Below, in pieces: positions 57,120-58,054 of a stretch of DNA of 58,054 bases. Source of the DNA: a virus (lineage: Duplodnaviria; Caudoviricetes); the IMG/VR virus record IMGVR_UViG_3300027575_000004, positions 1 to 58,054 of that record. The stretch is one strand, 5' to 3'. The position numbers and the translations under genes were made by a program. Below the pieces are notes generated by a model that saw only the letters and a list, made by a program, of their open reading frames with translations, was not told the DNA's origin and did no database searches. How positions within the stretch are numbered: position 1 is the stretch's first letter; the number at the start of each line of letters is the position of its first letter.

Positions 57120-57386
57120 GTGACCGAATTTCATCCGTTCCAATTGAAAGCGAGCGAGTTCGATCACCGCAATCCTGTGCTGCCGTCAGAAGTCACGCTG
57201 CGCGCCTACGAAGTTTATTGTGAGGTCTTTGGCCCGCAGCCCGCGATGGTCGATCTCGCTGGGCGTGGCTGTCGTGGCGGCTTCGGCGTCGGCGAACTGA
57301 TCGCGTTCCTCTATGCTCGTTCGTTCCCGAAAGAGGAATGGGAGAAACGTGTTGAGGAAGCTTTTCGTAAACCACTAGCAACGTGA
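57120..57386 (+). CDS. hypothetical phage protein
   Basis: GAGGAG RBS, GTG start. Confidence 0.55.
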   Translation: MTEFHPFQLKASEFDHRNPVLPSEVTLRAYEVYCEVFGPQPAMVDLAGRGCRGGFGVGELIAFLYARSFPKEEWEKRVEEAFRKPLAT

Positions 57387-57581
57387 GGAGCGGCGACGTG
57401 AAACGCTGGACGAAACGTGAGGTCAAAATCCAGGTGTTGCAAAACGTGATCAGTTATCTCGGAAAAGAGAGCCAGTGCGACGTTGACGATCAGGCGTTCA
57501 TCGAGATGGCGGTTGTTGAACAAGAGCGTTTGGCGCGGAAGCTTCAGCGCGATTTGAACAAGTTGATGTGAGGAGCAAGCC

Positions 57582-57851
57582 GTGAGCGTCACCGTGATTT
57601 GGAGTGCCGTTGAGCCGAACAACGAAGATGTTCTGGTCAAGGAATGTGTGACGATCCTGCAAGGTGAGTGGGCAGACTGCGAAGGCAATGCCGAAAGCGC
57701 TGTTCAAGAAATCTGCGAGGCTTATTTCAAGGGTTCGGAGTACGACGGTCTCGATGATATCGACGTGACCGTCACGGCCCCAGCGTCAATCGCTGGCAAG
57801 TACGAAGTGTCACTGCGCCGCGTCGTCAAGGCGAGCGTAACCAAGAAATGA
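57582..57851 (+). CDS. acidic hypothetical protein
   Basis: GAGGAG RBS, GTG start. Confidence 0.6.
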   Translation: MSVTVIWSAVEPNNEDVLVKECVTILQGEWADCEGNAESAVQEICEAYFKGSEYDGLDDIDVTVTAPASIAGKYEVSLRRVVKASVTKK

Positions 57852-58054
57852 GGAATTTTTTAAATGCCGCGAGAGACACGACCTGTCTGCGAAGCGATGT
57901 TGGCGAAACTCCGCTACCGCATGGACGAAGATACCGGGCCGGCACCGATCATGTCGGACAAAGAGACAGTACGCGAATGCGTGAGCATGGAGGATATGGC
58001 GGCGCTGTTGAAAGTCGCCGAGGCGCATGGCTGGTCGCCTCCATTAACGGGCCA

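Overview
The window looks like most or all of a ~58 kb P22-like (podovirus-type) dsDNA phage genome. The host is probably an alphaproteobacterium, inferred from GCTANAT-type -10 boxes and the gene families present. The minus-strand late arm (~5.6-41 kb) carries TerS/TerL, P22-type portal, scaffold, coat, a decoration protein, gp4/gp10/gp26-position tail genes, three ejection proteins, a tailspike and holin/spanin-like genes. A replication/regulation block lies at 41-48 kb and a plus-strand early arm of Gp157, Bet, DUF1367 and many small ORFs at 48-58 kb and 0-5.6 kb. No integrase, DNA polymerase, helicase, endolysin, reverse transcriptase or CRISPR array was recognised. The most unusual observations are: (1) four translationally coupled genes upstream of terminase encoding fibre/virion-like proteins, each with a Sec-type signal peptide and an even number of mature cysteines; (2) two unrelated, heavily base-paired 300-400 nt non-coding elements, each back-to-back with a promoter and a short hairpin RNA, one before a replication protein lacking an HTH and one before the lysis genes; (3) a miniature paralogue of the major capsid protein; (4) modification enzymes (glycosyltransferase, sulfotransferase-like, 2OG-Fe hydroxylase, PurD-like ATP-grasp) embedded among virion genes; (5) nested AAAA-BBBB domain insertions in gp10; (6) a tRNA-like gene with a 23-nt anticodon loop. 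All calls come from reading motifs by eye; no database searches or folding programs were run.
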